Positions 25,893 to 38,715 of a DNA stretch of 64,000 bases are shown in pieces. Position 1 is the stretch's first letter, and every line of letters begins with the position of its first letter. Both the position numbers and the translations under genes were made by a program. The notes beneath the pieces were generated by a model. It saw only the letters and a program-made list of their open reading frames with translations, was not told the DNA's origin and made no database searches. Source of the stretch: Antedon mediterranea (taxonomy: Eukaryota; Animalia; Echinodermata); the NCBI RefSeq assembly GCF_964355755.1, contig NC_092670.1, positions 8,236,201 to 8,300,200 of the forward strand. Reading direction: 5' to 3'.

Positions 25893-26210
25893 TTCTTCTT
25901 CTCTAGACTTCTGGTCAATGGCATTTATACAGCACATAGGCCAGAGGCCCGAAGTACATATTATTATATTATTTACAAAAATTAGATGCAGAAAGAAATA
26001 TTTCTTTTTTTAATTCACAAAAAATGTATTTAGACATATTTTCCAGTGATATTTCTGGAAGCCATTAAAATAATGAACTTACTTTCAGAAGGGAAATTAT
26101 AAAACTAAACTGGTAATAACTCATGACGTAACTTATTTAGAATGGACAAATTAACAGAAAGTGATATTCATCATCTATGTTATTGCTATGACTTAATTTA
26201 TATATTCTAT
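25893..26210 (-). mobile_element. 3' fragment of a non-LTR retrotransposon, inserted in one copy of a ~128-bp tandem duplication (25703-26275)
   Basis: Minus strand encodes NIDDEYHFLLICPF (ORF2 C-terminal zinc knuckle) and ends in (GAA)n. Confidence 0.7.
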
Positions 26211-26665
26211 AGTAATTCGTATTAAAAATACATAATTTGCTTTTTACCACTTTCAGCTGAATATGCCTCACTTTTTATTGTGGGTAAGTGTTCAATTAAA
26301 ACAGATCAGATGATAATTTAAAAGTTATATTGTTCTGTTTCAAAACAAATTGACTTAATATATAATAGTCAATTAACACAACCTTTACAATTATACACAA
26401 ATATTTTTTTCAAAAGTATTATAAAGGCGTGTATCCTACTGTATTATGCAATTTCTATTGTAGTGTTCAATCAAGTCCACCCAACTTCATCGCCACGCCA
26501 CTCTAACAATTGTTTTATGTTATTGTCCCGGTGGGTGCATTACAATCAATTAGTAAAATAATCTATAGATGACAAATTTCGTTTTTGTAAAAGCACAAGT
26601 TAACGGAGTACTTACTCGAACGTTTCGATCTCTATCAGAGATCCTTCTCAACTGACTGCGGAGTG

Positions 26666-28498
26666 TTAATGCAGCTTGGTCATTCTTGACGTCATCTGTT
26701 GATGACGTTGTACGCCTCCGGTTGTAGGTTGGAGGTTGTGCGGGGCTCGGCCAGGTGATGTGTCTATCAAATCATTGTACAAATGCGAGAGTTCGTGGGC
26801 TCCAGTGTCCCGGTTCATGGTCTTCTCTTTATTTCTCCTTATATGTAATGATTCTCTAATCTGTCTGTCTTTGCGTTTAGGCTCTTTGGTTAAGATGGTA
26901 GCCTCCCAGTTCGGTACATGATTGTGTTTTATGACATGTTCTGTAATGGCAGATTTGTGTATGATCGAAGATGTGGATGTTCTGGAGGCCCTAGTCATTA
27001 CTCCCCCCGTGTTTGTTGTAACATCTTTTTTGTGATCATTAATTCGTGTTTGTAATGCCCTCCCTGTTTCCCCAATGTAAACTTGTGGACAGTTGCGGCA
27101 GGTGACTTCGTAGATTACTCCACATGTATCCATCTTCTCGATTTTATCTTTTGGGTGGACGAGGCTATTCTTGATTTTATTTTGGGGTAGGAAATAGGTT
27201 CCGACATTGTGATAGGAGAGAGTGCGTCGTATTCTTTCTGCCATTCCTTTTACATAGGGGATTCCTATGCTACCTCGCATCTTGATCTTTTCCTTCTGTG
27301 GTTCGTGTCCTTTGTTCTTTTTTCTTTTTCGGTTTTCCATAACTCTCTGGAAGGACCACTCTGGATACTGGCAGTTGTGTAACGCTTTCTTGATGTTATC
27401 CATCTCAACTTTCCTCAAATCCATATCTCCCACTACCTTCTCAGCTCTGTCCACAAGCGTGTTTATAAGCCCCAGTTTGTGTTCGAGTGGATGATGTGAG
27501 TTGAAATGTAAATATTGGTCTGTGTGAGTGGGCTTCCGATAGACTGAGGTGGTAACTGTTCCATTGTCATTGAGTGTGATGAGCATGTCCAGGAAAGGTA
27601 TTGTGTTGTTTGTCATCGATTCTGTGGTGAACTTTATATTGTCAGTTATATCGATGTTATTAAGATGTGTGTTAAATGTATGTACTGTACCTATGGGGAT
27701 GATAGCTAATACATCATCAACGTATCGTTTCCAATACACAGGCTTGATGTTAGTGGGTGCCGTGTTTATGGCTTGATGTTCGAGCCACTCTAGATACAAG
27801 TTCGCCAATATAGGACTTATTGGGCTTCCCATAGCAATGCCTTGTATTTGCCTATAAATGTTACCATTGAACGAGAAATAGGTTTTGTTCACAATTAAAC
27901 CGAGCAGCTCCATTATGTCTGTCACATCTAGTTTAGTTCTATCCAGAAGTGTCGGATCTGTTGTTAGGCGATTTTCGACCACTTTGAGGGCCTCTTCTAC
28001 TGGTGTTTTTGTAAACAGAGATACTACGTCAAACGAGACAAATGTTTCACTTGGTTTGACTATTATTTCTTTTAGTTCACTCGCCAACTCTCCTGAGTAA
28101 GTTACATGATGTTCTGTGTTTCCGACAAGCGGACCCAGGATTTTGGTGAGGAATTGTGCAACGGTGTAAAAAACGGTGTTGATGTTATCTACTATAGGTC
28201 TTAATGGCCAATTTGGTTTATGTATCTTCGGAAGACAATACAACCTAGGTACAATTTCAGCCGTGGGAAACAGCCATTCTTTCTCTCTGTAGTTGATTTT
28301 CTTTTCTTTGAACAACCTGCCTATGATGTTGACCACTTTTCGTTTATAGTTTTGTGTTGGATTACGTTTTAGCAGTTCGTAAACATTAGTGTCGCTCACC
28401 ATGGTTCCCACTTTATCTTTGTAATCATTAGTATTTAGGATGACAGTAGATCTACCTTTATCCGCTGGGAGAATAAGAATAGATTTATCTTTCTTCAA
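26666..28498 (-). CDS. Penelope-like RT + GIY-YIG endonuclease (N-terminally truncated)
   Basis: ADKG, LPKIHK, SFDVVSLFT, GIAMGSP, YVDD, YRKPT; GVIYEVTCRNC..YIGETGR. Confidence 0.92.
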   Translation of the reverse strand: MKKDKSILILPADKGRSTVILNTNDYKDKVGTMVSDTNVYELLKRNPTQNYKRKVVNIIGRLFKEKKINYREKEWLFPTAEIVPRLYCLPKIHKPNWPLRPIVDNINTVFYTVAQFLTKILGPLVGNTEHHVTYSGELASELKEIIVKPSETFVSFDVVSLFTKTPVEEALKVVENRLTTDPTLLDRTKLDVTDIMELLGLIVNKTYFSFNGNIYRQIQGIAMGSPISPILANLYLEWLEHQAINTAPTNIKPVYWKRYVDDVLAIIPIGTVHTFNTHLNNIDITDNIKFTTESMTNNTIPFLDMLITLNDNGTVTTSVYRKPTHTDQYLHFNSHHPLEHKLGLINTLVDRAEKVVGDMDLRKVEMDNIKKALHNCQYPEWSFQRVMENRKRKKNKGHEPQKEKIKMRGSIGIPYVKGMAERIRRTLSYHNVGTYFLPQNKIKNSLVHPKDKIEKMDTCGVIYEVTCRNCPQVYIGETGRALQTRINDHKKDVTTNTGGVMTRASRTSTSSIIHKSAITEHVIKHNHVPNWEATILTKEPKRKDRQIRESLHIRRNKEKTMNRDTGAHELSHLYNDLIDTSPGRAPHNLQPTTGGVQRHQQMTSRMTKLH

Positions 28499-28612
28499 GT
28501 TGTTTATGGCCTTTCGTTCTTTGGGGGTTAAATTTGAAACAACCTACAACTGGAGGCGTACAACGTCATCAACAGATGACGTCAAGAATGACCAAGCTGC
28601 ATTAACACTCCG

Positions 28613-28660
28613 CAGTCAGTTGAGAAGGATCTCTGATAGAGATCGAAACGTTCGAGTAAG
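28613..28660 (+). ncRNA. Minimal hammerhead-ribozyme-like motif in the pseudo-LTR (second copy on the minus strand at 26611-26658)
   Basis: TTGAGAA core, stem GATCTCT-GAT-AGAGATC, GAAA, palindromic ACGT; stem I weak. Confidence 0.55.
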
Positions 28661-29712
28661 TACTCCGTTAACTTGTGCTTTTACAAAAACGAAATTTGTC
28701 ATCTATACAAAATCGAAGCTAAATGAAATTCTTTAAAATAATCTAATTTGCATATACAGTCTCAGCCAATTACATGTCCTGCCGGTCTTGCTGAAGACTT
28801 CTTTTCCTCCCATTCCATTAATAGGCAGCAAGTGGATGACTGATGAGAGACGATAATTAGGTAGGTAGTTAGGGTTGCCACGTTTAAACTTTTATACATT
28901 AATTGTTGCCCTTCCAAGTTTTTACGAATTGTTGTGTTTGCCTAAATTGTCTATACTCTACACTCATTTCTGTTGTTTTCTTTTTCTCCTTACTTTTTGA
29001 AAAGTTTACTTGTGTTCAACATTCTAAATACTATTAGCAGCATAAACATTGAGGTACTCAATTGAGGGACTGTGTATTAGCAAAGGAAAAGAGGAGTTTT
29101 TTATGATTCGTACACGTTTAAATATTTTAGATTTATTCACTATTTCTTTCAATTGAGGGAATCACGGTGTATAATGTTACATGTATGTATTTGGACCATG
29201 TTTCTTACGACGATACGAGAACTAAACAGTACTGTATAAATTAGAAACAGGTTTTCCGATTCCCTATACATTTTCAATTTAAATATAAATTATTCCAATT
29301 TTTAAATAATAGCGGAACCAGAAGGCAGGATATAAAAGTTGTAAAATGAAGTGAAGTGTCCAATATTTTACATTAAAATTGAGGGGTGTGGGGCTTCCCC
29401 TTCCTTCTGGATCCATGACGTGAAAAGTTACCCACTGCGTCCGTTCTTCGATTCTTTCTGCACAGCTTTACCTCAGGCGACTGGTGGATGTTGTTACATC
29501 TCCCTGGTTAAATGTACTAATGGGAACTTTTCCATTTTGATCCACGTGTACCAGTACGTGTACTGAAAAATACAGGGTTTATTATTTCTATTCTTTTTAT
29601 ATTCTTTTTCTTTCAAATTTTTATTTTAGATATATGTGGAGAATGACGATTGAAATTTGACTTTATTGATAAACAAAAACTAATCGATCAAGTAAAAAAT
29701 AGGAAAACCAAC

Positions 29713-30805
29713 ATGAAGTACAAATGTGAACACTGTGGAGATAAATTTGAGTTAAGTGATTTGAAGGAACATTTAGGAATACATGTGCATTTTAAAGAGT
29801 TAAAATGTGAAGACTACGAGCATTTTCAACTACATGATCAAAAACGAAAAGAAATTGAGAATTTGGAAATACACACCACCGAAGAAACTTCATTTGAAAA
29901 TTTTGGGAATAAAGAAAATGAGAATTTAGGAATATGCACCGATGAAGAAACTTCGTATGAATGTGAACATTGTGGAATGCAATTTAACAAAATTGATGTT
30001 TTAAATAAACATTTGAAAATACACACAAGCGAGACACCATATAAATGTGAACATTGTGGAAAAAAATTTAAACAGAAAGCTAATTTCAAAAAACATTTGA
30101 GAATTCACACAGGAGAAACACCATATGAATGTGAACATTGTAGGAAGAAATTTAGCTGCAGTCAGAATTTGAATAAACATTTGAGAGTACACACAGGAGA
30201 AACACCATATGAATGTGAACATTGTGGAAGAAATTTAAACAAAGTGGAGAATTAAAAGTACACGTTAGATCTCACACGTGAGAGACGCCATTTGAATGTG
30301 AACAATGTGGTAAGAAATTCAAAGCTAATGCAAATTTGAAAGATCATTTTAGACTACATACAGAAGAGACACCATGTGAATGTATATTTGGTACAAAGAA
30401 ATTTAAGTCTAATGGGTCTTTAAACTCACATTTGAAATTACACACAGGAAACTTACCATATGAATGTGAGCAATGTGGGAGGAAATGTGCCTCTAATGGA
30501 ATATTAAAAAAACATTTGGGAATTCACAGAGAAGAGAGACCATATGAATGTGAACAATGTGGGAAGACATTTAAAAAAATTAAGGATTAAAATCACATTT
30601 GAAAACACATGGAGAGCCACGGTATAAATGCGAATATTGTGGAGTGAAATAACAAGATAAAAGGTGCTTCCAAATGCATTTGGAAAGACACACAATAGGG
30701 GATGAATGGGAAGATTATATTATCAAATCCAATTGCAATGATATGTTTAACTTACGCACAGAAGAGACATCGCATGGTAACATTTATAACTTGCATACAT
30801 TTTAA
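29713..30805 (+). pseudogene. ZF gene D, frameshifted
   Basis: Acceptor TTATTTTAG at ~29629; frameshift ~30230, in-frame stops ~30279 and ~30650, frameshift ~30580. Confidence 0.85.
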
Positions 30806-32959
30806 ATAACATGTGAGAATACACACAGGAGAGCCGAACATTGTGTACACAATGTGTAATGTCTCTCTATTTTAATTTTACAGCGAATAATATTAAGATA
30901 CCAGTGCATTTTAGAATAACAGAAGAAATTGAGCGTTATTTATTTTTTCCATTAAAAGTATTTTTCTTGTATTAAATAAGTTTTAATTTGATTGGCCTTG
31001 ATTGATTTCTTGTAGGAAAGAACATCTATGAATTTTACATCATTTTTAGGAGGTTGATGTTATGACATAGGTTTTAAACGAATAATACTGCTTGTTAATA
31101 AGTGTCAATTTTATCATACAATGTGAATACTGTACGTTGTATTACTATATCAAATCGTTTTCTTTAATATCTGCTTCTTTTTTGTTTGCCCATTTTTGAG
31201 CAACAGTAGTTTTGGCCAATCACAAAACAGTACAAGTTCTACCGTACAGTGTGTACTGTATGAAATCGCAAACAATTTCAATACTGGTATGTTATGTACC
31301 GTACTGTATTTGTTAAGTTATGTTGTTGTGAAGTGTTGGACTTAAACCACACAAAATGATTCATTTTCGTTCTATTGTATATAGCTTTGGTTTTTATTAT
31401 TTATTGTTCTAATTTTGTGGCTGTAACGCTTAACCATCTACTACAATAAATTGAAGATGTCCAATACCATTCTCTATTTGCCTTTACTAATCGCACCGAT
31501 TTTTCTTTACGATAGCTAAATGTGTTAAAATATATTACACAAAAGACAACACAGGCACACTTAAGTTATGTCGTTATTGCTATTTTAATTATATTTAATT
31601 TGGTATATGATGCAAAGGCAAAGTTATTCTTTATTTGCTACTTAAATTTAAAGTTACAATATTCATCACTGATCACTCAGTAGAAATTGTTATTTTCATT
31701 TGCAAGCTTGCATTAAACCTTAAGAAATAACATTTTCATAAATAGGCCTAAAGACATTTTTATAAAATTTCTTAATTTAAAACAATAAAAGGCGTAGGCC
31801 TATAATTGAAAAAAGAATGAGGCCTAAACTAGATTTTTTTTAAATAATTAGGCTATAACATAGAAGAAATGTTTTTCCGATGGCTGACGGCTAGTGACAA
31901 TGAATTGAGACGGATCGCCAACTTGGTCGGTCTTCAGTAAGTTGATATATTATATGAGTAGGTTGTCCAATTTTTATTCTATCAAAGCATCTTGACTTTG
32001 GTCGTCCTGGTCTCCGAGCACTTTTCGATTTTTCCTTGCAAAGGTGTCTTCTAGAGATATGCCATCTTCTAGTAAAATGAACGAAAGTGTTGAGTTTATT
32101 TTGTTTAGTAAATTACTTTTTGGATTTACTTCTTGTAGTACGACAGGCACAGTGGCTCTTTTTTCATTGTTTCAAGTGTGCCATTCCAGGTTGCGAACAA
32201 TGCAAATGCATGGAATTGTAAAGAACTAAAGATAGGCTCCTACAAAACGAAAATTATATGAACAGAATAAATTATTCAAATGAAGAAACTCTTTGAATCT
32301 TACTATAATTTCATTTAAATCTACTACTAGTAGTATTCGGTTGACGTTGATTAATTATTCCATTGACGCCTCATGTTTGCAAGATATAATAGTAGGCCTA
32401 TGCTCTTTCGGTCGAGTACACACACCACGCCACACGACACGACACATGGTTGGAGGAGAATAGTAGAGACACATGTGACATACACATTTCAACGGGTTGA
32501 TTTCACCAAAGATAGTGTTTGATTTCACTGTAAAGATAGGTACTGTACTTACAATACTAATGATTGATGAATATTTAAGTTAAGGAAGCTAGGCTAGTTA
32601 CTATACAGTGCTTCTAGGTAGGCCTCCTAGGCATGTTATTTCATGAAGTGATATTACTCAATGGTTAAGTAATTAATTTACTACCTAGCAGCTAGAATTT
32701 CGCTAGTATAGTAGTAACATGATAACCGATCAGTGCTACTGTACAGTTAGGTCGCGATTCAAATCGGTCGTGGTGTTACGTATTCGGTCGCTGCACCGCT
32801 GGACTTTCAGTTTCAGGAAAATATAATATGATTATCTATGGCTATTATTAGTAATATGGAGCGCCGCTGACGAAATTTCTATTACTGGACGTCTCAGGCA
32901 GAAAAATCGTAAATCATTCATGAGATTAAAACGGTTTGATGGCTGGGTGGATTGTTTAA

Positions 32960-33513
32960 AGCCCCATTCCCTACGTTTTTTAGATCTAATTTAAGATCAC
33001 AAACTATATTTAATGTAAAAATAATACTATATGGTCCTATTGCAATAACTTTTTTTGTCTTTAAACGGTTAAAAATGTGAAAAATAAATCGATTCTAATA
33101 ATTATAGCGGCCCGCTATAAATCCCAAAATGCATTGCGCGCGGATTGATATTTTTGTTTTTCACCTGTAATTCGCCCACTTTTCGATCGATCGTGAAGCC
33201 AAAACAAATGGAAGACTCCTAACTTTTCAGCGAAAATACCGGGTTTTCCCCAATTTGTATCAACGGAGTCTGGCAAAAATAGAAAGACAATTAATGCAGC
33301 AACTATACAACGTCAGGCTAGGTATATAGCTAGCGTATGATGTTCGTACGTTATCGATGTTTACCAGCTAGGCCTACAAAACTAAGCCTAGCTAGGCTAG
33401 GCCTAAGACCGTCCACGAGAGGTCGATCGCCGCGAGGTACTTAGGTAGTGCATTGTTTCTCACTTTTTATCATAATTTACCATAAAACGTCCAAAATTGC
33501 AGGGAAGGGGTCT
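32960..33513. mobile_element. TTAA-flanked non-autonomous DNA transposon (Kolobok-like)
   Basis: TTAA|AGCCCCATTCCCTAC ... GCAGGGAAGGGGTCT|TTAA imperfect TIR with AG termini. Confidence 0.6.
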
Positions 33514-34554
33514 TTAAATTGTTTAGTGGAACAGATTTTTTTTCTCTAGATGGCCATAAATCGTGTTTCTGGACTATATAATTTGGTGTAATTTCTTCAC
33601 TAGTCTATATAGAGCGCCATATGCAATTTTTGAAGAATGTGACACTGCCAGACATACGGACGAAAGTATTGAAATAAAAACAAAAGTTCATTGCGGCCTA
33701 CCACGACACACTCGCACACACCCACCACAGATAATACGGCAACTCCCTGCTGTTATCGTTAAAAAGAGCCTGTCATAAACTCGTGCATCCACTTTAGACT
33801 AACTGACTGCGTGAAGTAGGCCTACACGACGTACACGCACGCGCTAGGTGATACATCCTTCCTTCCTGCGCGTTCCATAAGTTCTTTTTAAAAGATCCAA
33901 ACGTCTTGGTGTTTGGTAGTTCAAATTTGTATTTTTAAGCGTAAAATTGAAAATTAAACGAGACTTACCTGTAAGTTGAAGTTTAATTGTAATTCTATGA
34001 GTCATCAGCCGGGAGTGGAGGAGTTGTACGAGAGAGTACCGCGCATGCGTATGCCAGTCTTTAGAGCAGAATACAGGCTCAGTGAGGAGAGTGGAGGAGT
34101 CTGGGTCAGGGCCAAACCTACGTAAGGGAGGGCGTACAACTCCTCCACTCCCGGCTGATGACTCATAGAATTACAATTAAACTTCAACTTACAGGTAAGT
34201 CTCGTTTAATTTTCAATTCTATTTCGTCATCATCCTATGTCGCTACGGAGTAGTACGAGACTTTAGAGCACAGTGAGCCAGTATTCGCAAAACGGTGGAA
34301 AAACACAATAAACAAATTAACAGTCATTCAAGTCGTTTACATTCTTTCAATAGAAAACACTTTATTACCACAAAACTATGTAGTACGGTACTTTAGTCTG
34401 TAAATAACTAACTGAAATCACTGTATTTCCTGTATTATACACTGCTTACAGGAAAAATAACATTCAGGTATTATAACACTGTAAAACATACCCTTGGATA
34501 GTAACTATAAGAAACATTAACTTTAAACAATGCAAACATGGTTTCAATAACACT

Positions 34555-36882
34555 TCATTTCTCGCTTGAGCATGACTCAAGAACTGCAGTACCATAATTA
34601 AAAGTAGGAGGTGCTATACGATTATAATATTTCTGAAAAGTTTCCTCCTTAGCCCAACCAGCTGACTTCATGATGTTGTTTAGATCAACATTTTTATTTA
34701 GAAGATGAGAAGCTGAGACTGATCTGGTACTGGGGCTTATATTGGACTGTATCTATACCCAGGGATGTCACCGCGCTGGTCGGCCCCGATCAGCACTCAA
34801 CATTTCCGACCAGGATTTACAGGCTGCCGACCACCACTATTATTTATTAATCATTTACGATATTTATATTAGGCCTAGGCCTAACTAAAATTCGTACTAA
34901 AACATTTTACCTAGCACATCGTTAATAACAGACAAGCTAGCCTCATATAGATAAGACAAAAGACTACAGCAAATGTTTCCGTACGTTACTTTATTTGTAA
35001 CACAATACCAGGCCTACCCTGCCCTGGTATTCATTGTTACAGCTTGTGAGTCATGGCGAACAACGTGCTACACAGCACAGTGTACAACTACAAGTTTAAA
35101 GTTCACATAGCGACCATTCAAGCGTTTTATTTTGCACAGATTAAAAATACAAACAAGTACGCAGTAATTAAAAATGTACAACTACATAGACCCAAACAAA
35201 ATCATTTTTAATTGCTGAATGTTTTGTCACCCTGCTTTAATTATATTATGTTACTAGTTTTACATTTTTGTACTCTACGAACTATTAAAAAAAATTAAAA
35301 AACATGCGCATGGTTCAGTGAGACCGGGCAAGTTCGTTCGTTTATGATCGCCGAGCATGGTACAATAATTACACGTCCCTGGGATAACTTCAGGTTGCTG
35401 AACTTCAGTTAACCCATAAACACGTGTCTGTTCTTGCCGGCCATGCACTACATGCTTGCCGCACAGTTGTGAAACAAAAAATCCGGAATTCGCTAATACG
35501 CTAAAAAACTCTCGCGCAAAAGAACACGAACATTATATCGAGCAACAAGTAGTAAGGTCTAGGCTAATAATTTATCTACAGTATTTGATTAGGGATTAGG
35601 CCTAAATAAGGAAGCGCCTGTTTTTGTGGAATTCAGATTTTGGGGCATCTATCTAAGCCTTGGCTAGGCCTAGTGGTCGTAGTGTCTACAAGGCTAGGCC
35701 TAAGCCTGACGCGATCTATTGCTATTCATTTCGTAAGCGTTTTTTTGTTTTCGCGAATAATAACGGCGACTCCCCGGTGGTACAAGGTTAGGCCTAGACC
35801 TGACGCAATTTGTTGTTATTTATTTTCATAATTCTTTATGTTTCGCTAAAAAATTTTCCGACCGGCACTCCAAAAAGCTGGTGACATCCCTGTATACCTG
35901 CATTACACATGAATTTCTTTACCCAGTGGGACACTGTATCCTTTGAAATCGGCTTATGTGGGGAAATGTAACTTAACAGTAGCTGTGCCTTATCCTGGCG
36001 AAAAACACTTGTACGTGAAAGATATTCTGTCAACAAAAACACAATGCATAATTTTTTGTCAGATGGAAACGCATTGAATTCCAATGGCTTTTGATGTGAG
36101 CCAACCCGTGTATGCTTTAATTTTTCAGTTACATAGAAAACAATTTTATGATCACTCTTTTCCATATTTGCAATCGAGAGATTTAATATCGTCTGGCACC
36201 TTTGACCACTTAAAAGACACAATAAGAACGCCAATCTTTGTGATATTTCTTTCAGCGATGATTCTTGGATTGATGGTTGCCCTCTGATGTAATCTAGGGC
36301 AACATTGACATTCCAACTGTACCTTAGTAAAGATGGTCTTAATTCAAAAATACCCTTCATAAAGCGTTTCACAATAGGTAATTGACCAAAAGATGCATAC
36401 TCTTGACCTACAGCAAAAAGAGAAGACAGCATACTTCTAGCAGTATTAATAGAACTGTACGATAAACCTGAATTAAACATATCTGATAAAAACTCAAGTG
36501 GTAATGTCACATGTGGTGAAATAATGTCACAATTTTTTCTCTCACAAAATTCAAACCATCTGTTAGCCATAGTTTGATATTGAACCTTTGTTCCTGCTCG
36601 CCACGATGCTAGTATGATCTCTATTGTGCCTGAGGTAAATCCCTTTGATAATAAGCTTCTCCTGATACATGACATATGAGCAGTCGTAGTTTCTTGTGTA
36701 GAGGATGAGTCAAGCCCGGTTGTGCTGGCATCACCAGAAGGTCTGGTGCCGGTTGAATTTGTGTTGCTTCCTTGAGTATCCCCAGCAGCATGGGGTACCA
36801 CGATTGGGATGGCCAATCTGGTACTACTAGAATTCCCTGCGCCTTGTCTTGTATTATTTTCTGTATAACCCTGAGAACACAA
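34555..36882 (-). pseudogene. DIRS tyrosine recombinase, split by an insertion
   Basis: SWR.GT..QY, LSYSSINTARS, SGQRCQT; C-terminal part STRSVSAS..AGWAKEETFQKYY at 34555-34759; catalytic His codon disrupted by a 2-nt loss. Confidence 0.88.
34760..35892. mobile_element. Non-autonomous DNA transposon (hAT-like ends) inside the DIRS recombinase
   Basis: 13-bp TIR CAGGGATGTCACC/GGTGACATCCCTG; TATACC duplicated; removal restores NAGIDT reading. Confidence 0.85.
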
Positions 36883-38715
36883 TTAAAAGGGGGAAAGCAA
36901 TAGAATAATATATTTTGCCATGATATAGTAAATGCATCAATATCTGTTGCATATGGATCTTGCCTGTAAGAGATGTATTTATCAAATTGTTTATTTAGTC
37001 TTGATGCAAATAAATCAATTGTGGGTAGAACATTAAGTTTCGTTAGAACCTCACATAAAGTTTTAGAATTTAGCATCCATTCTGTATCTATATTCTGTCT
37101 TCGAGATTCAAAATCAGCAGTAACATTAAGCACTCCTGGTATGTGGGCTGCAGTAATCCAAATATTATTACTTTCACAAAATGCCCAAATTGTCCGTGTA
37201 ATATGATCATTACAAGGATCACTGTGACATGTTCCCATATTATTTATAATGGAAACAGCAGTAGTATTGTCAATCATGAGCTTTACCTGTTTACCTAGAA
37301 CTTGTTTGGAAAAGGATGTCAGGCCAAAATATGCAGCTAATAGCTCTAAATAATTTATATGGTATTTTCTCTCATTTACTGTCCAATGACCACCTGTAGC
37401 GGCTTCACCCATTGCTGCCCCCCAACCAGAAAGAGAGGCGTCTGTGTAAATAGTTAAATCAGTTGCTAAATGTCCAATTACATTAAAACATTGTGGTAGG
37501 TTTATCAGCCACCATTGTAGATCCTCAATAGCCGAGGATGACAAACACATTTTAGAGTCGAAATTTCCTCTGGCTGTCTTTAAAGCATTAATCTTATCCC
37601 TCTCCACTGCCCGATAATGGCATTTACCATATTGTACAGCAGGGAAGCTTGACACGATATACCCAATAATCTGTGCTATCTTTCGAATTGTTGGAGTAGG
37701 TGTTGCCAATATCCTGGTAATACAGTTAGTAAGTCGATCAATTTTTGGACTTGTCAAAGTAATTTTCATATTACCTGAATTAATATTAAAACCTAAGAAT
37801 GTGATACTTTGTGTAGGTATAAAAACTGATTTTTCAGGATGTATGACAAAACCTAAACTATCAAACATCTTTATTGTTTCCATAATAGTATCAACGCATC
37901 TCTTGTATGTGGATCCTATTAATAGTAAATCATCAATATAGGCACATAAAATATGTCCTCTCGACTTTCTCAGAAAACTAAGTGGTGGTTTTAATAGTTT
38001 GGTGAATGTTCGTGGGCAAAAGGAAAGACCATTTGGATATGCTGTAAATTTATAAAGTTCTCCCTGATAGTGAAATTTTAGATACTTCTGAGAATCCTTG
38101 TGTATTCCCACACTATAATATGCATCCTTTTTAAAGTCAATAGAGGCCATCCAACAATTCTTCATTATCATACTTCATGCGGTATTGATTGTGTCCATTT
38201 TAAAGTGTTTATATTCAATATATTTGTTTAGTGATTTTAAATTTAAGATTATGCGTACCCTATTATCTTTCTTAGGAACTGAAAAAATTGGAGATACATA
38301 TTCCCCTGGTTCATATGCACATTTAACCAGTACACGTTTAGTTAACAGTGTCTGTATTTCATGTTCTACTAAGTTGATGTGATTCTTTGCAATAAAATTT
38401 GATGGACATGTAATGGTTGGTGGTGGAGGACTTAAAAATTGTATATATTTCACCCTTCACTGAATTTAGGATTGTATGGTCAGAAGTTAGTTCTTGCCAT
38501 TTTTCTATAAATTTTTTCAATTGGCCACCAACAAAATGTTCTACTCGATAGTCTAAGTATCGTTTAAGATCATTTAACTCAGAGTGTGCCTTTACCTGTG
38601 AATCTATCGTCGGTAATTCTTGAACATCCTGCCTCTTTTTCCCTGGTACTGTCCGGACTGTCCCCTTTGTCCGCTGGCGTGGGGATTTACCTGGTTTTGT
38701 TGATAGTTTTGTCAA
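36621..38715 (-). pseudogene. DIRS pol: RT, RNase H, Dam-like methyltransferase; frameshifted N-terminus
   Basis: SPIFSVPKKD, DAYY, YIDD, TDAS..GWGA, HINYLEL, HIPGVLN, DLFAS, FPPF; three ORF pieces. Confidence 0.9.

Larger units (their letters stand above)
26564..28733 (-). mobile_element. Penelope-like retroelement, 5'-truncated, with inverted pseudo-LTRs
   Basis: 168-bp inverted repeats 26564-26731 and 28540-28707 (1 mismatch); TAAAATAATCTA direct repeat at 26554 and 28734. Confidence 0.93.
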
